A stretch of DNA of 64,000 nucleotides from Bacteroidia bacterium (GTDB lineage Bacteria > Bacteroidota > Bacteroidia > B-17B0 > Aurantibacillaceae): contig JBJMLS010000300.1 in assembly GCA_045805185.1 (NCBI GenBank), positions 10,259-74,258 on the forward strand, given 5' to 3'. The notes beneath the pieces are model-generated. The model saw nothing but the letters and a program-made list of their open reading frames with translations, was not told the origin of the DNA and did not search any database. Shown here in pieces: positions 54,223 through 62,783 of this stretch (position 1 is the stretch's first letter; each line of letters opens with the position of its first letter). Made by a program: the position numbers and the translations under genes.

Positions 54223-54951
54223 TTAACGACGGCTGCGTCCGCGTCCGCCATGAGAAGCTTCGCCACCCATGCGTGCAATTTCACGCTGCCTTCTTTCGCT
54301 CATCCCTGCGAAACCACGTCCGCCTGAACGACCTTGTGAACGGCCCTGTCCGGATGATGAACGATCAGAACGACCAGATCCCTGGCTGCGTCCGCGTGAA
54401 GAACCTCTTCCTGATGACCTGCCCCAGCGAGCTTCAGCGCCTAAACGGCCTGCTTCTCTTGCCTCACGTGAATCCCACTCGTGCGCAGTTCCATACTCAT
54501 GCGCAGCTACTCCGCCCATGTGAGCTATTTCGCGCTGCTCATCTTCATCCATTGAAGCAAAACCACGGCGCGAAGTACCTCCACGTGAAGACGAAGAAGA
54601 ACGACCTTCGTTTCCACCTTGAGAACGCTGTGAACGGCCACGTCCGCCATGTGAAGCTTCACCACCCATGCGTGCTATCTCTCTTTGCTCATCCCTGTCC
54701 ATTGAAGCGAAACCCCGGCGCGATCTTCCTCCTCCCTGGTAATCATCATAATAATCATCATCTTCCTCATCTCCGTAATCTTCATACGAACCGCGGGTAT
54801 CGTAATCATCTTCGTCATCGTAATACCTGTCATCGTCTTCGTACTGATCCTCATCATAAGAAGATTCATACCTGTTGTTGTTACCCCTGTAGTTTTCGCG
54901 GGAATAGCCGCCCCCTGAGCGGTTTCCGCCCCTGTTTGATCGTGTTGTCAT
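54223..54951 (-). CDS. KGG-repeat stress-induced protein (YciG/GsiB-like) with disordered acidic-aromatic N-terminal region
   Basis: Three copies of the motif: RRGFASMDRDEQREIARMGGEASHGGRGRS, RRGFASMDEDEQREIAHMGGVAAHE and GRGFAGMSERRQREIARMGGEASHGGRGRS. 242 aa from the ATG at 54951. Confidence 0.8.
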   Translation of the reverse strand: MTTRSNRGGNRSGGGYSRENYRGNNNRYESSYDEDQYEDDDRYYDDEDDYDTRGSYEDYGDEEDDDYYDDYQGGGRSRRGFASMDRDEQREIARMGGEASHGGRGRSQRSQGGNEGRSSSSSRGGTSRRGFASMDEDEQREIAHMGGVAAHEYGTAHEWDSREAREAGRLGAEARWGRSSGRGSSRGRSQGSGRSDRSSSGQGRSQGRSGGRGFAGMSERRQREIARMGGEASHGGRGRSRR

Positions 54952-55063
54952 ATATTTTTTGGTTTTAAAATTCGGGAGGGAGGTTTCCAAACTACATACC
55001 ATTCCATTTTTTTCCTTGTAATCAGGCTTCTGGCACGATATGACATATCTTGCTAGTTACTCA

Positions 55064-55091
55064 TTTCCACAGAGCGGGGAAGTACTTATAC
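55064..55091 (-). promoter_or_regulatory. conserved upstream element, copy 1 (TTTCCACAGAGCGGGGAAGTACTTATAC on the plus strand)
   Basis: Begins 113 nt upstream of the ATG at 54951. It shares TTTCCACA..A..GGGGAA....TT.TAC with copy 2. Confidence 0.4.
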
Positions 55092-55096
55092 TTGCA

Positions 55097-55465
55097 TTAT
55101 TTTTTTGCAAACAGGATCATGATCCACCAGATGAGAAACACCAATTGAACCGCTGAATCTACAATGTAAACAGCGGCAATTATTCCGCGTAAACTGTAAT
55201 AGAGATCAATGCCGGAAACAGCAAGAGCGGTGCTCACTGATAAAAGCGTTCCCACAGGAGAATTACCCGGCTTTAAATGAGCTGCCAGAAAAGACAAGCC
55301 GATACAGAGAAAAAGAACACTGACAGTTTTAACCAGCCACAAATCGGTTTTAGGACCCGTAACTGCCATAAAGCTCGAAATATCCAGGAGCGCCCATAAT
55401 CCGGTCAATAAAGTATAAGCTCCCTGTATAAGGAACAAGTACTTTTTTAAATGATCTTTTGTCAT
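55097..55465 (-). CDS. hypothetical four-TM membrane protein
   Basis: 122 aa with four clear hydrophobic helices. No family recognised. Confidence 0.55.
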   Translation of the reverse strand: MTKDHLKKYLFLIQGAYTLLTGLWALLDISSFMAVTGPKTDLWLVKTVSVLFLCIGLSFLAAHLKPGNSPVGTLLSVSTALAVSGIDLYYSLRGIIAAVYIVDSAVQLVFLIWWIMILFAKK

Positions 55466-55550
55466 ATTCTTTCCTGTTCAATTTCTGTTCCGCAGGAAAA
55501 AGAGCGCGGCATCGCTTTTGAATGCGGAAGCAAAATTAAAAAGAAGGCTA

Positions 55551-55865
55551 ATGAATAACACAAGAAATAAAATACACAGTCCAGAACTTTTAAAGATCAA
55601 TATCCGGGATCAGGAAGAGCTGGATTACTGGATGAAGACATTTCAATGCACCAGAGAAGAATTATATGAAGCAGTAACGGCGGTTGGGCCATCTCCCGCT
55701 AAGGTTGAAAAATTCCTAACCGTCAATGAACAATACGAATTGGAATACTGGGCAAGAAAGTTGAACTGCAGTACGGAAAAATTAAAGCAGGCGGTAAACT
55801 ATGCAGGTAATTCGCTCGATAAGATCGAAAAAGCATTACGCTCTGTTCAAACGGAATATGTTTAA
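55551..55865 (+). CDS. tandem DUF3606-like domain protein
   Basis: Two repeats of the pattern (D/E)xELxYW..K(F/L)xC(T/S)xEEL/KL..AV..(V/A)G(P/N)S..K(V/I)EK.L. ATG at 55551; the track ORF starts at a TTG at 55518. Confidence 0.6.
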   Translation: MNNTRNKIHSPELLKINIRDQEELDYWMKTFQCTREELYEAVTAVGPSPAKVEKFLTVNEQYELEYWARKLNCSTEKLKQAVNYAGNSLDKIEKALRSVQTEYV

Positions 55866-56637
55866 ACGGTTCATGAGGAAACCCGTTTGCATTTATGTGG
55901 ACAATTCCAATATTTTTATAGGAGGCCGCAAGCTGGCAAAATTCCGCGATGAAGACCCGACCAGGTTCAGGATAGATTTTGCTAATTTTTTATTTCTCGT
56001 AACGCGCGGCACAATGGTCTTTGATGAGCTGGTGTGGGCGGGAAGCGGTGATGAAAATATGGAAGAGGTCTTTAACGGATTGCCGGAAGAAGGGGTGGAT
56101 CTCCAATTGATCCCCCAGACAAGATACGGAGAAGCCGGAACTGTTGACCAGGCAATACAGCTTGCCATGTACAGGCGTTGCCGGAAATACAGGAGCAAGC
56201 CCGGGCTTATTGTATTGTGTACGGGAGACGGGAAAGGTTACGAAAAGGAAAAAGGCTTCCTTTACGATGTCAGGGGTTTTATCGAAGATGGCTGGAGCCT
56301 CGCACTTTACAGTTGGGACTACATTTGCCACAGGCGTCTGAAACAATTTGCATTAAAGCATGGGCATTATTTCCCACTTGAAAAATACTATCAATTTATA
56401 ACTTTTATAAAAGGACGAAGGAAAGCGAAATCTTTACTTCCATTACTCAGACATGACAAAAAACAGCATTCTTCCGCCCCAGCATACCGGCACGCACACA
56501 GGCGTTTCGAAAAACGTCCGCGCCGTCACCCGGCACCAGGCCATTATTCTGTTCAACAGCGCAAAACAAAGGCTGTTAGACATCAATCATTGGGACAAGC
56601 TTTGTGGAACCGGCAGCGCAGTTTTTCAATTAACTGA
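55858..56637 (+). CDS. NYN domain (PIN-like fold) protein, putative RNase
   Basis: VCIYVDNSNIFIGG at the N-terminus and LIVLCTGDGKGY later are typical NYN/LabA-like acidic motifs. The start overlaps the upstream stop (ATGTTTAA). The last ~60 codons are R/H/P-rich and overlap the next ORF. Confidence 0.65.
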   Translation: MFKRFMRKPVCIYVDNSNIFIGGRKLAKFRDEDPTRFRIDFANFLFLVTRGTMVFDELVWAGSGDENMEEVFNGLPEEGVDLQLIPQTRYGEAGTVDQAIQLAMYRRCRKYRSKPGLIVLCTGDGKGYEKEKGFLYDVRGFIEDGWSLALYSWDYICHRRLKQFALKHGHYFPLEKYYQFITFIKGRRKAKSLLPLLRHDKKQHSSAPAYRHAHRRFEKRPRRHPAPGHYSVQQRKTKAVRHQSLGQALWNRQRSFSIN

Positions 56638-57073
56638 CGCGTCCGGGAAAGAATTAAATAATACCGCTCCAAGAGTTGGCGACCTGGTGCGCATTTCCCT
56701 GCCCGGTCCGGGCAATCCGGAGGGCGATGGGTATGACTGGGTACGAATAGAAGAATTTGAAAATAAACTTAATCAGCTAAAGGATGAAGAAATATTCGGG
56801 TTCAGGGTGAGGCCAACAGCGAATCCCCGGGGCCTGGAAAAAGAAAGCGCCCATTTTTATACAAAAACGGCCTCCAGTACTTTTCTAATCGTCCGCGTCG
56901 CCGATAAAGTAACGGTAATGGAAAAAGGAAGGAACGAAAAAACAAATACGGAGAGCGGGTCGCTGATCACCAGGTTGAGGAATGCCGCGGTTGCGGTGGG
57001 TGCGCGACTCGGATTAGCAAGGCCGCAATGGAAGATGCTGATCAAAGGTGTGCTTTTCGGTCCGCCTGAATAA
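56453..57073 (+). CDS. hypothetical protein
   Basis: 206-aa ORF with globular-looking composition. Its first 185 nt overlap the NYN ORF in another frame. No family recognised. Confidence 0.5.
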   Translation: MTKNSILPPQHTGTHTGVSKNVRAVTRHQAIILFNSAKQRLLDINHWDKLCGTGSAVFQLTDASGKELNNTAPRVGDLVRISLPGPGNPEGDGYDWVRIEEFENKLNQLKDEEIFGFRVRPTANPRGLEKESAHFYTKTASSTFLIVRVADKVTVMEKGRNEKTNTESGSLITRLRNAAVAVGARLGLARPQWKMLIKGVLFGPPE

Positions 57074-57160
57074 TTCTTTTAAAAAAAGCTTGCATTAATT
57101 ACATCTGTTTTGATGCGGCATACATTTTGGATTTTTATTTTTTTAAAGCTCTGCTTAATT

Positions 57161-57643
57161 ATGCAAAAAGAAGAAACTGAACTTGATTTTAAAGATGACG
57201 TTGATTTTACGACGCGCGCCGATAAATTTAAAAACACGGGCATTGTGCTGTTAACATTGGTGGTTCTATCAGGGCTCTCCGGTTTGTTGGGCTTTGGGAT
57301 TTGGACAAAGACTAAGGAAGGAAATGCTTCCTTTTCCTTCCAGTATGAAAAATTCATGCGTGCCAAAAGAGAAACACGCATGAAGGCATTTGTAGCCAAT
57401 CCGACAGATTCCCTCGTTCGCATCTTCATCAGCGGATCTTATTTTGAAAAAGCGCATATTGATAAAATAATTCCATCCCCTATGAAAATGACCAGTGCAG
57501 AAGGCGGCATTACCTTTACATTCGAAGCAAAGGGTCCGCTGGAAATTGTGTTCCTTGTAATGGCGGAAAAGATGGGAAAGCAGCACGCCCTTGTAAAAAG
57601 CGGAAGCACTGAATTTAGTATTAACCAGTTTATTTATCCCTGA
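57161..57643 (+). CDS. hypothetical single-pass membrane protein
   Basis: From the ATG at 57161 the sequence starts MQKEETELDF, with a TM helix GIVLLTLVVLSGLSGLLGFGIW. No family recognised. Confidence 0.45.
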   Translation: MQKEETELDFKDDVDFTTRADKFKNTGIVLLTLVVLSGLSGLLGFGIWTKTKEGNASFSFQYEKFMRAKRETRMKAFVANPTDSLVRIFISGSYFEKAHIDKIIPSPMKMTSAEGGITFTFEAKGPLEIVFLVMAEKMGKQHALVKSGSTEFSINQFIYP

Positions 57644-57648
57644 ACATT

Positions 57649-58092
57649 ATGGATTCTGTTTTAAGAGCCTTATTGGTTTATATTGTCCTGTTCATTATTC
57701 TCCGCCTCAGCGGCAAGAGAACATTGAATACGAATACGCCCTTCGGGCTGGTGCTTATCTTCCTGATCAGCTCATCCGTGGCTGATGTTCTTAAAGATGA
57801 GGATAAGTCAATTACCAATGGCGTTGTTCTTGCCACTTCGCTGGTGCTTATTCACCTTGCTTTTGCAAGACTGAAGTGGAACAAGCGCAGTATGGAAAAA
57901 GTAATTGAAGATGTTCCCACTCTCCTGGTAAAGAACGGTGAACTTTTGAAAGACCGGATGGAAAGATCACGTATTACAACAGAAGATATATTGTACGCCG
58001 GAAGAAAACAAAAATTGAAGCAGCTTCACCAGATCAAATACGCGATATTGGAAACGGACGGAAGCCTGTGCATTATTCCGAAGGAAGAATAG
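57649..58092 (+). CDS. DUF421 (YetF-like) membrane protein
   Basis: N-terminal TM helices with the RLSGKR motif. The C-terminal LVKNGELLKDRMERSRITTEDILYAGRKQKLKQLHQIKYAILETDGSL is typical of DUF421. Confidence 0.75.
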   Translation: MDSVLRALLVYIVLFIILRLSGKRTLNTNTPFGLVLIFLISSSVADVLKDEDKSITNGVVLATSLVLIHLAFARLKWNKRSMEKVIEDVPTLLVKNGELLKDRMERSRITTEDILYAGRKQKLKQLHQIKYAILETDGSLCIIPKEE

Positions 58093-58099
58093 AACAAGA

Positions 58100-58483
58100 T
58101 CATTTGGACTTTTTCTTTGAATAGGCTCCCTGCCTGACGGATTTTCGTTCGGGTAATTCATTACGCATTTCCTTTAATTCCTTTGCGAGGGCCTCTACAG
58201 CTTTGGCAAGGCTTTCCACATCCGATTTGCTGGCAAAACCATAAGGATTTTCATGCTCCTTCCAGGAAGGAAGCTTCGTCCGGTCCTCAAACAATTCTAT
58301 GATATGAATTTCAAGCGCTTTTGCAATCTGCAGGATCCTGCTCAATGGAGCGTCTGTTTCACCACGTTCAATTTTAGCATAAGCACCTGCAGTAATTCCC
58401 AGATCATGCGCTACATTTTCCTGGGTCATTCCTTTCGATGACCTGATCCGCCGGATCCGTTCTCCTATTTTCTTATTCTCCAC
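58100..58483 (-). CDS. XRE family helix-turn-helix transcriptional regulator
   Basis: IGERIRRIRSSKGMTQENVAHDLGITAGAYAKIERGETDAPLSRILQIAKAL. Confidence 0.8.
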   Translation of the reverse strand: MENKKIGERIRRIRSSKGMTQENVAHDLGITAGAYAKIERGETDAPLSRILQIAKALEIHIIELFEDRTKLPSWKEHENPYGFASKSDVESLAKAVEALAKELKEMRNELPERKSVRQGAYSKKKSK

Positions 58484-58755
58484 TCCGCTAATTTCCTAAT
58501 ACTCACGCTCATGTATTGTCATTTAAATAAGGTATTTTGTCGTATTAAGACAATTACGTATAATTATAGCTTATTCTGGTCCGGTTTCGTTGCGGCATTC
58601 AAATACCGGGGGAAAAGAATAAAGAAGAACGATAATTGTATTGATCAATTCATGATGCGACATATTTTTCATAAAGTGAAGCTGAAAACCGTGCACTTAT
58701 ACAATTCCATCACGTGATACTATCCAAACAAAAACCTTATATTTGTAATAACATC

Positions 58756-58968
58756 ATGAAAGCAATAGAACCCCTCAATACGCAATACCAGAGTTCTGAT
58801 ACTATTACGAATACTGAGTGGCTCGTATTCTCTTTTACTGAGGACCTGGATACTATACGCTTTGATATTGTCAGCACAACTATGACCCAGACAAAGGATA
58901 TGGCTTACTTCGCGGGATTCGATCCTTCTTTTTATTTCTATACCGAATCCGGTGATGTAAAAATGTGA
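58756..58968 (+). CDS. hypothetical 70-aa protein
   Basis: MKAIEPLNTQYQSSDTITNTEWLVFSF.... An ORF only, with no family recognised. Confidence 0.3.
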   Translation: MKAIEPLNTQYQSSDTITNTEWLVFSFTEDLDTIRFDIVSTTMTQTKDMAYFAGFDPSFYFYTESGDVKM

Positions 58969-59047
58969 TCCGGAGTTTTACAATTCCCATTTAATGTAAA
59001 TTTCCGACAGGCATTTTCACCCGGCACGCGTTTTATTACCTTTGTTC

Positions 59048-60244
59048 ATGCTCTCCCGCACTTTTGCCTTATACAAAATTTCGTTTACCGGACTTTCTTC
59101 CCAAACCTGGCTGCTTTCCATTATCATGCTCATTAACCGCAGCGGCACCATGGTTGTTCCGTTCATGACGCTTTACCTTACCAGCAAAACGATGGGCCGC
59201 AGCCTGGGTGAAGCGGGAACTGTAATGGGGATCTTTGGCTTTGGAGCTGTAGTGGGGGCTTATTTCGGAGGAAAGATCTCGGACAGGATCGGCTTTCACA
59301 AAGTGCAGCTTATCACGCTTTTTTCCGGAGGGATCATGTTCATCGTTCTTGGCCAGATAAAATCATATCCGCTGATCTGTCTCTGTACCTTCTTACTGAG
59401 CCTTGTAAATGAAGCTTTCCGTCCGGCCAATTCTTCCGCAATTGCGTTTTACAGCAAACCGGAAAACAGAACGCGCTCTTATTCGCTTAACCGGCTTGCA
59501 ATTAATTTTGGCTGGGCGGTAGGCGGAACTATCGGCGGCTTAATTGCCTCTTTTAATTACGAATTGCTTTTTTGGGTAGACGGCGCTACGAATATCTGCG
59601 CGGCCATTCTACTGTTCTATTTTCTGAAGCCTTCAAGAGTTCCCATGCCCAGGCATGCTAAAGAAACTGAAGCGCCGCCAAAGCAATCCGCTTACAGGGA
59701 CAAAACTTACCTCAGCTTTATCTTTCTCGTATTTCTGTTTGCCTTTTGCTTTTTTCAATTGTTCACCACTATACCGAAGTATTTCAGGGACGGCCTGCAC
59801 CTCAGTGAACAATACATTGGAATACTGATGGCCGTGAATGGACTGATCATCGTTATTTTTGAGATGGTACTGGTGTATTCGCTCGAAGGGAAAAAAAAGA
59901 ACCTTTCCTACATTACTACAGGCACGCTTGTTTGCGCCGCCTCTTACTTATGCCTTCTGCTACCCGGTAATCCCTATGTGATCACATTACTGATGATCGT
60001 GCTCATTTCCGCCGGTGAGATCGCTGCCATGCCCTTTATGAATACGTTCTGGACATCACGTTCCAATGCTGAGAACTTTGGCCAGTACGCTGCATTGTAT
60101 ACCATTGCCTGGGGAGGGGCGCAATCGCTGGGGCCCTTAATTTGCGCTCAGCTGGCCGAATACAGCTTCAGCGGTCTCTTTATATTGCTTGGGGGAATAC
60201 TTACACTTGCCGCGCTTGGGTTTTACCGGCTGAATAAAAAATAA
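59048..60244 (+). CDS. MFS transporter
   Basis: 12-TM pattern, with the MFS loop motif GGKISDRIG between TM2 and TM3. ATG at 59048. Confidence 0.85.
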   Translation: MLSRTFALYKISFTGLSSQTWLLSIIMLINRSGTMVVPFMTLYLTSKTMGRSLGEAGTVMGIFGFGAVVGAYFGGKISDRIGFHKVQLITLFSGGIMFIVLGQIKSYPLICLCTFLLSLVNEAFRPANSSAIAFYSKPENRTRSYSLNRLAINFGWAVGGTIGGLIASFNYELLFWVDGATNICAAILLFYFLKPSRVPMPRHAKETEAPPKQSAYRDKTYLSFIFLVFLFAFCFFQLFTTIPKYFRDGLHLSEQYIGILMAVNGLIIVIFEMVLVYSLEGKKKNLSYITTGTLVCAASYLCLLLPGNPYVITLLMIVLISAGEIAAMPFMNTFWTSRSNAENFGQYAALYTIAWGGAQSLGPLICAQLAEYSFSGLFILLGGILTLAALGFYRLNKK

Positions 60245-60283
60245 ACAGCGTTTCCGCCGCGACCAACAAGTGTCCTGAAAAAG

Positions 60284-60330
60284 AAAACCGTGCAAGCCGC
60301 TACACAGCGCGTGTAGGAATTTGCACGGTT
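60284..60330. terminator. nested hairpin between convergent genes
   Basis: The outer 11-bp stem AAACCGTGCAA/TTGCACGGTTT encloses an inner CTACAC/GTGTAG stem. Confidence 0.5.
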
Positions 60331-60346
60331 TAACAGGGAGCAAGGC

Positions 60347-60634
60347 TCAGTTCGATCTTACGGGAACAGCCTTTTCTTTGTTCTTACGTTTCTTGACTCT
60401 TTTCCCAAGGGTCTTTTTATGGATACGCTTAGCGGCAGCTCTATCCGCTTTTCGTTCCTGCTTTTTTAAATTACGCTCTTCGTGACGCTTTACACGCATT
60501 TCCCTGCGTAACTCGCGTTTTCCACTATGCGTTTTATTATCGGCAAGCACTTTCGTATCGCCAGGCTTTTGAGCCAAACCCTCCAGGCAAAAGAGAACAA
60601 CAAACAAAATAATGTATGTGATGATCTTTTTCAT
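60347..60634 (-). CDS. secreted highly basic small protein
   Basis: From the ATG at 60634: signal peptide MKKIITYIILFVVLFCLEGLAQ, then a K/R-rich helix-like sequence (RELRREMRVKRHEERNLKKQERKADRAAAKRIHKK). Confidence 0.5.
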   Translation of the reverse strand: MKKIITYIILFVVLFCLEGLAQKPGDTKVLADNKTHSGKRELRREMRVKRHEERNLKKQERKADRAAAKRIHKKTLGKRVKKRKNKEKAVPVRSN

Positions 60635-60802
60635 GCCTTGACTTTTTTCAAGTTCCGAGCCAGAATTAAACAAGTGAAGGTGCACCGGGATCCTGTAAAT
60701 CAGCCGAACGGATCGCAGGAGTATTTAAAGGATAATATTATGTAAGCCTTCAGGTCCTGTCTTCACTTATTAAATTTCTACCTTAGCCGTAATCTACAAA
60801 AG

Positions 60803-61210
60803 ATGGGAACAGGCACGGAATACATTTATATGCTGGAAGAAGATCCGGATGACCGGATTATTACAAGCGAAACCTTGAATGAACTTGGCATTGGAATTCC
60901 TTTTTTTTATTTCAGCGATCCGGATGAGCTGATCTCTTCGCTCCATTCAGGCAAGCGCCCTTCTCTTATTCTTCTCGATTATCAGTCCGCTACTTCACCC
61001 GGACTGGAATTACTGAAGACCCTGAAATCATCCGGCTCATTCAATGACATTCCCGTTGTAGTGCTTGGCGAGCTTTCATTGCGGCCCATGATCAGGGAAT
61101 GCTACAGCCTTGGCGCGAATTCGTATATCACTAAGCCTTCCGATATACAACAGATCCAGCTTAAGATCAAAACATTTATTGAGTATTGGTTCACTGTTGC
61201 TGAGATCTGA
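60803..61210 (+). CDS. stand-alone response regulator receiver (CheY-like) protein
   Basis: Acidic pocket LEEDPDD, phospho-acceptor context LILLDY, and the conserved T/K positions (VVVLG...; ITKP). Confidence 0.85.
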   Translation: MGTGTEYIYMLEEDPDDRIITSETLNELGIGIPFFYFSDPDELISSLHSGKRPSLILLDYQSATSPGLELLKTLKSSGSFNDIPVVVLGELSLRPMIRECYSLGANSYITKPSDIQQIQLKIKTFIEYWFTVAEI

Positions 61211-61415
61211 GAACTCTTTTACATTCTCCTTTTAGCACGCGCCATTTCATAGTGTGTTGACATTGCTTGTTAAAATCTGTAAACTACCCCTTTCCCTTCC
61301 GGCCTATTTAAAATCCCTTAGCGACGAATACCTGATGCAGTGCGGTTTCGGCAACCGTAACTTTGGTTCAGGATTTTAAATAATGAAAAAATCAGTTCAC
61401 ATAAAACCAAAAACA

Positions 61416-62153
61416 ATGAAAACTAAAATGAAATTCGGAGCCCTTCTCGCTATCTCTTCCGTTTTGTCTTTCGGAAAGATAAGCGCACAGGTGACCGATA
61501 CCGTGCAAAGAGAAACAGTGGTTGTACAACCAGTTGTTCGTGATGAGAATCCCCCTCTCCGGGTACTTGAGCTTGGAGCGCGCTACATGCCTACATTTAC
61601 TTCGCTTGGATTAACCAATGCCAATGGCGAAGTGGTAAGAGGAGATGTAACCATGAGCCATGGAGTTGGCGGAGTATTGGGAATTAATTTTTCACGCCAC
61701 GTTGGTATACAAGGTGAAGTAATTTACAACCAGGTAATGCAGAAATACAGGGATCAAAGCCTCGACAGGCAGATAAATGTTAATTACCTGAACATTCCCG
61801 TAATGCTTTCGCTTAATACCAACAAAAGACTACCTGTTAACCTGAACGTTGTAGCGGGTCCGCAATTCAGTATTAATGTCGGATCAACAATAAAAACAAA
61901 CGGAGGAAGGGGACAGGATAACGTACAGGCAACTGTGGCGGCAAAACCCGGAGATGTTGGACTTGCTTATGGTGCAGGACTTGAGTTTGCATTGAACAGA
62001 TCACACAATATCCGTCTCGACTTCGGTTACAGGGGCATGTACGGATTGTTTGACCTTGGCGCGACCAAAGCGTCATCGGACACCTATATCATTACTGCTA
62101 AAGGCTCAAGAAGATCACACGCTGGTTACGCGGGACTAACATTTTGTTTCTGA
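61416..62153 (+). CDS. outer-membrane beta-barrel (porin-family/OmpA_membrane-like) protein
   Basis: Signal peptide ending KISAQ. Alternating beta-strand pattern with GAGLEFAL and a terminal GLTFCF. The track ORF starts at 61383. Confidence 0.75.
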   Translation: MKTKMKFGALLAISSVLSFGKISAQVTDTVQRETVVVQPVVRDENPPLRVLELGARYMPTFTSLGLTNANGEVVRGDVTMSHGVGGVLGINFSRHVGIQGEVIYNQVMQKYRDQSLDRQINVNYLNIPVMLSLNTNKRLPVNLNVVAGPQFSINVGSTIKTNGGRGQDNVQATVAAKPGDVGLAYGAGLEFALNRSHNIRLDFGYRGMYGLFDLGATKASSDTYIITAKGSRRSHAGYAGLTFCF

Positions 62154-62196
62154 TACTGACACTATCAGTTTCCCGCAATAGACTATATAACCAAGG

Positions 62197-62228
62197 CATT
62201 CCGGTTTAACCGGGATGTCTTTTTTTTT
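62197..62228 (+). terminator. Rho-independent terminator after the OMP gene
   Basis: Stem CATTCCGG/CCGGGATG with one G-T pair, followed by a T9 run. Confidence 0.6.
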
Positions 62229-62262
62229 GTCGCGAAGATGAGGATATCCTATTAATCTGAAC

Positions 62263-62664
62263 TTAAATCCCTGCTGTTGGCTGCATTTCCATTTGAGCCC
62301 TGAGCCATTCCATTGCAGCTTCACGGTTACTGAAAATCTTAGTGACCACAGCCGGCTTATTCAGCTTGTTGTAAAGATCGCCCAATAAAGCAAGCGAGAA
62401 ATTATTGGTAACAAAAGCAACCGCTTTCATGTGCGATGAAAATTCCGCAGAAGCGCTCAGCTCGCGTACTTTCCGCGTCGCCCTGAAAAAACCTTTTCCT
62501 TCCGCAATCACATAGAACCTGGCCCCCGGTTTATAATTCATAAGCGCCTCTTTGGCTTCGATTGCGATGTCGATATCATGTGTCACACCTTCCTTTATGT
62601 AATATTCCACAAGGAGATCATCGTGAACATGCATGACATAAAATTCGGTTTCTATGGTCTTCAT
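62263..62664 (-). CDS. hypothetical protein, possibly STAS/SpoIIAA-like fold
   Basis: 133 aa from the ATG at 62664. The alternating beta/alpha pattern and size resemble SpoIIAA-like (STAS/SEC14-like) proteins. This call is weak and from memory. Confidence 0.4.
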   Translation of the reverse strand: MKTIETEFYVMHVHDDLLVEYYIKEGVTHDIDIAIEAKEALMNYKPGARFYVIAEGKGFFRATRKVRELSASAEFSSHMKAVAFVTNNFSLALLGDLYNKLNKPAVVTKIFSNREAAMEWLRAQMEMQPTAGI

Positions 62665-62783
62665 AAGGACGCAAATATAAAGCTTTCCATTGATATGCAT
62701 TCAGCAGAAGCCCGACGGGATCCGGACCAACTATTCGCCCCTATCGCGGCCAAAAAATACTTATATTAGTGAAGTAATAACGC

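Noticed and set aside
54273-54968. 231-aa ORF antisense to the KGG-repeat gene, together with 54269-54523 and the antisense ORFs at 53026-53415
   Set aside because: These are mirror-frame ORFs produced by the biased G/R/S/D/E codon composition. The sense frames contain recognisable KGG repeats and a paralogous N-terminus.
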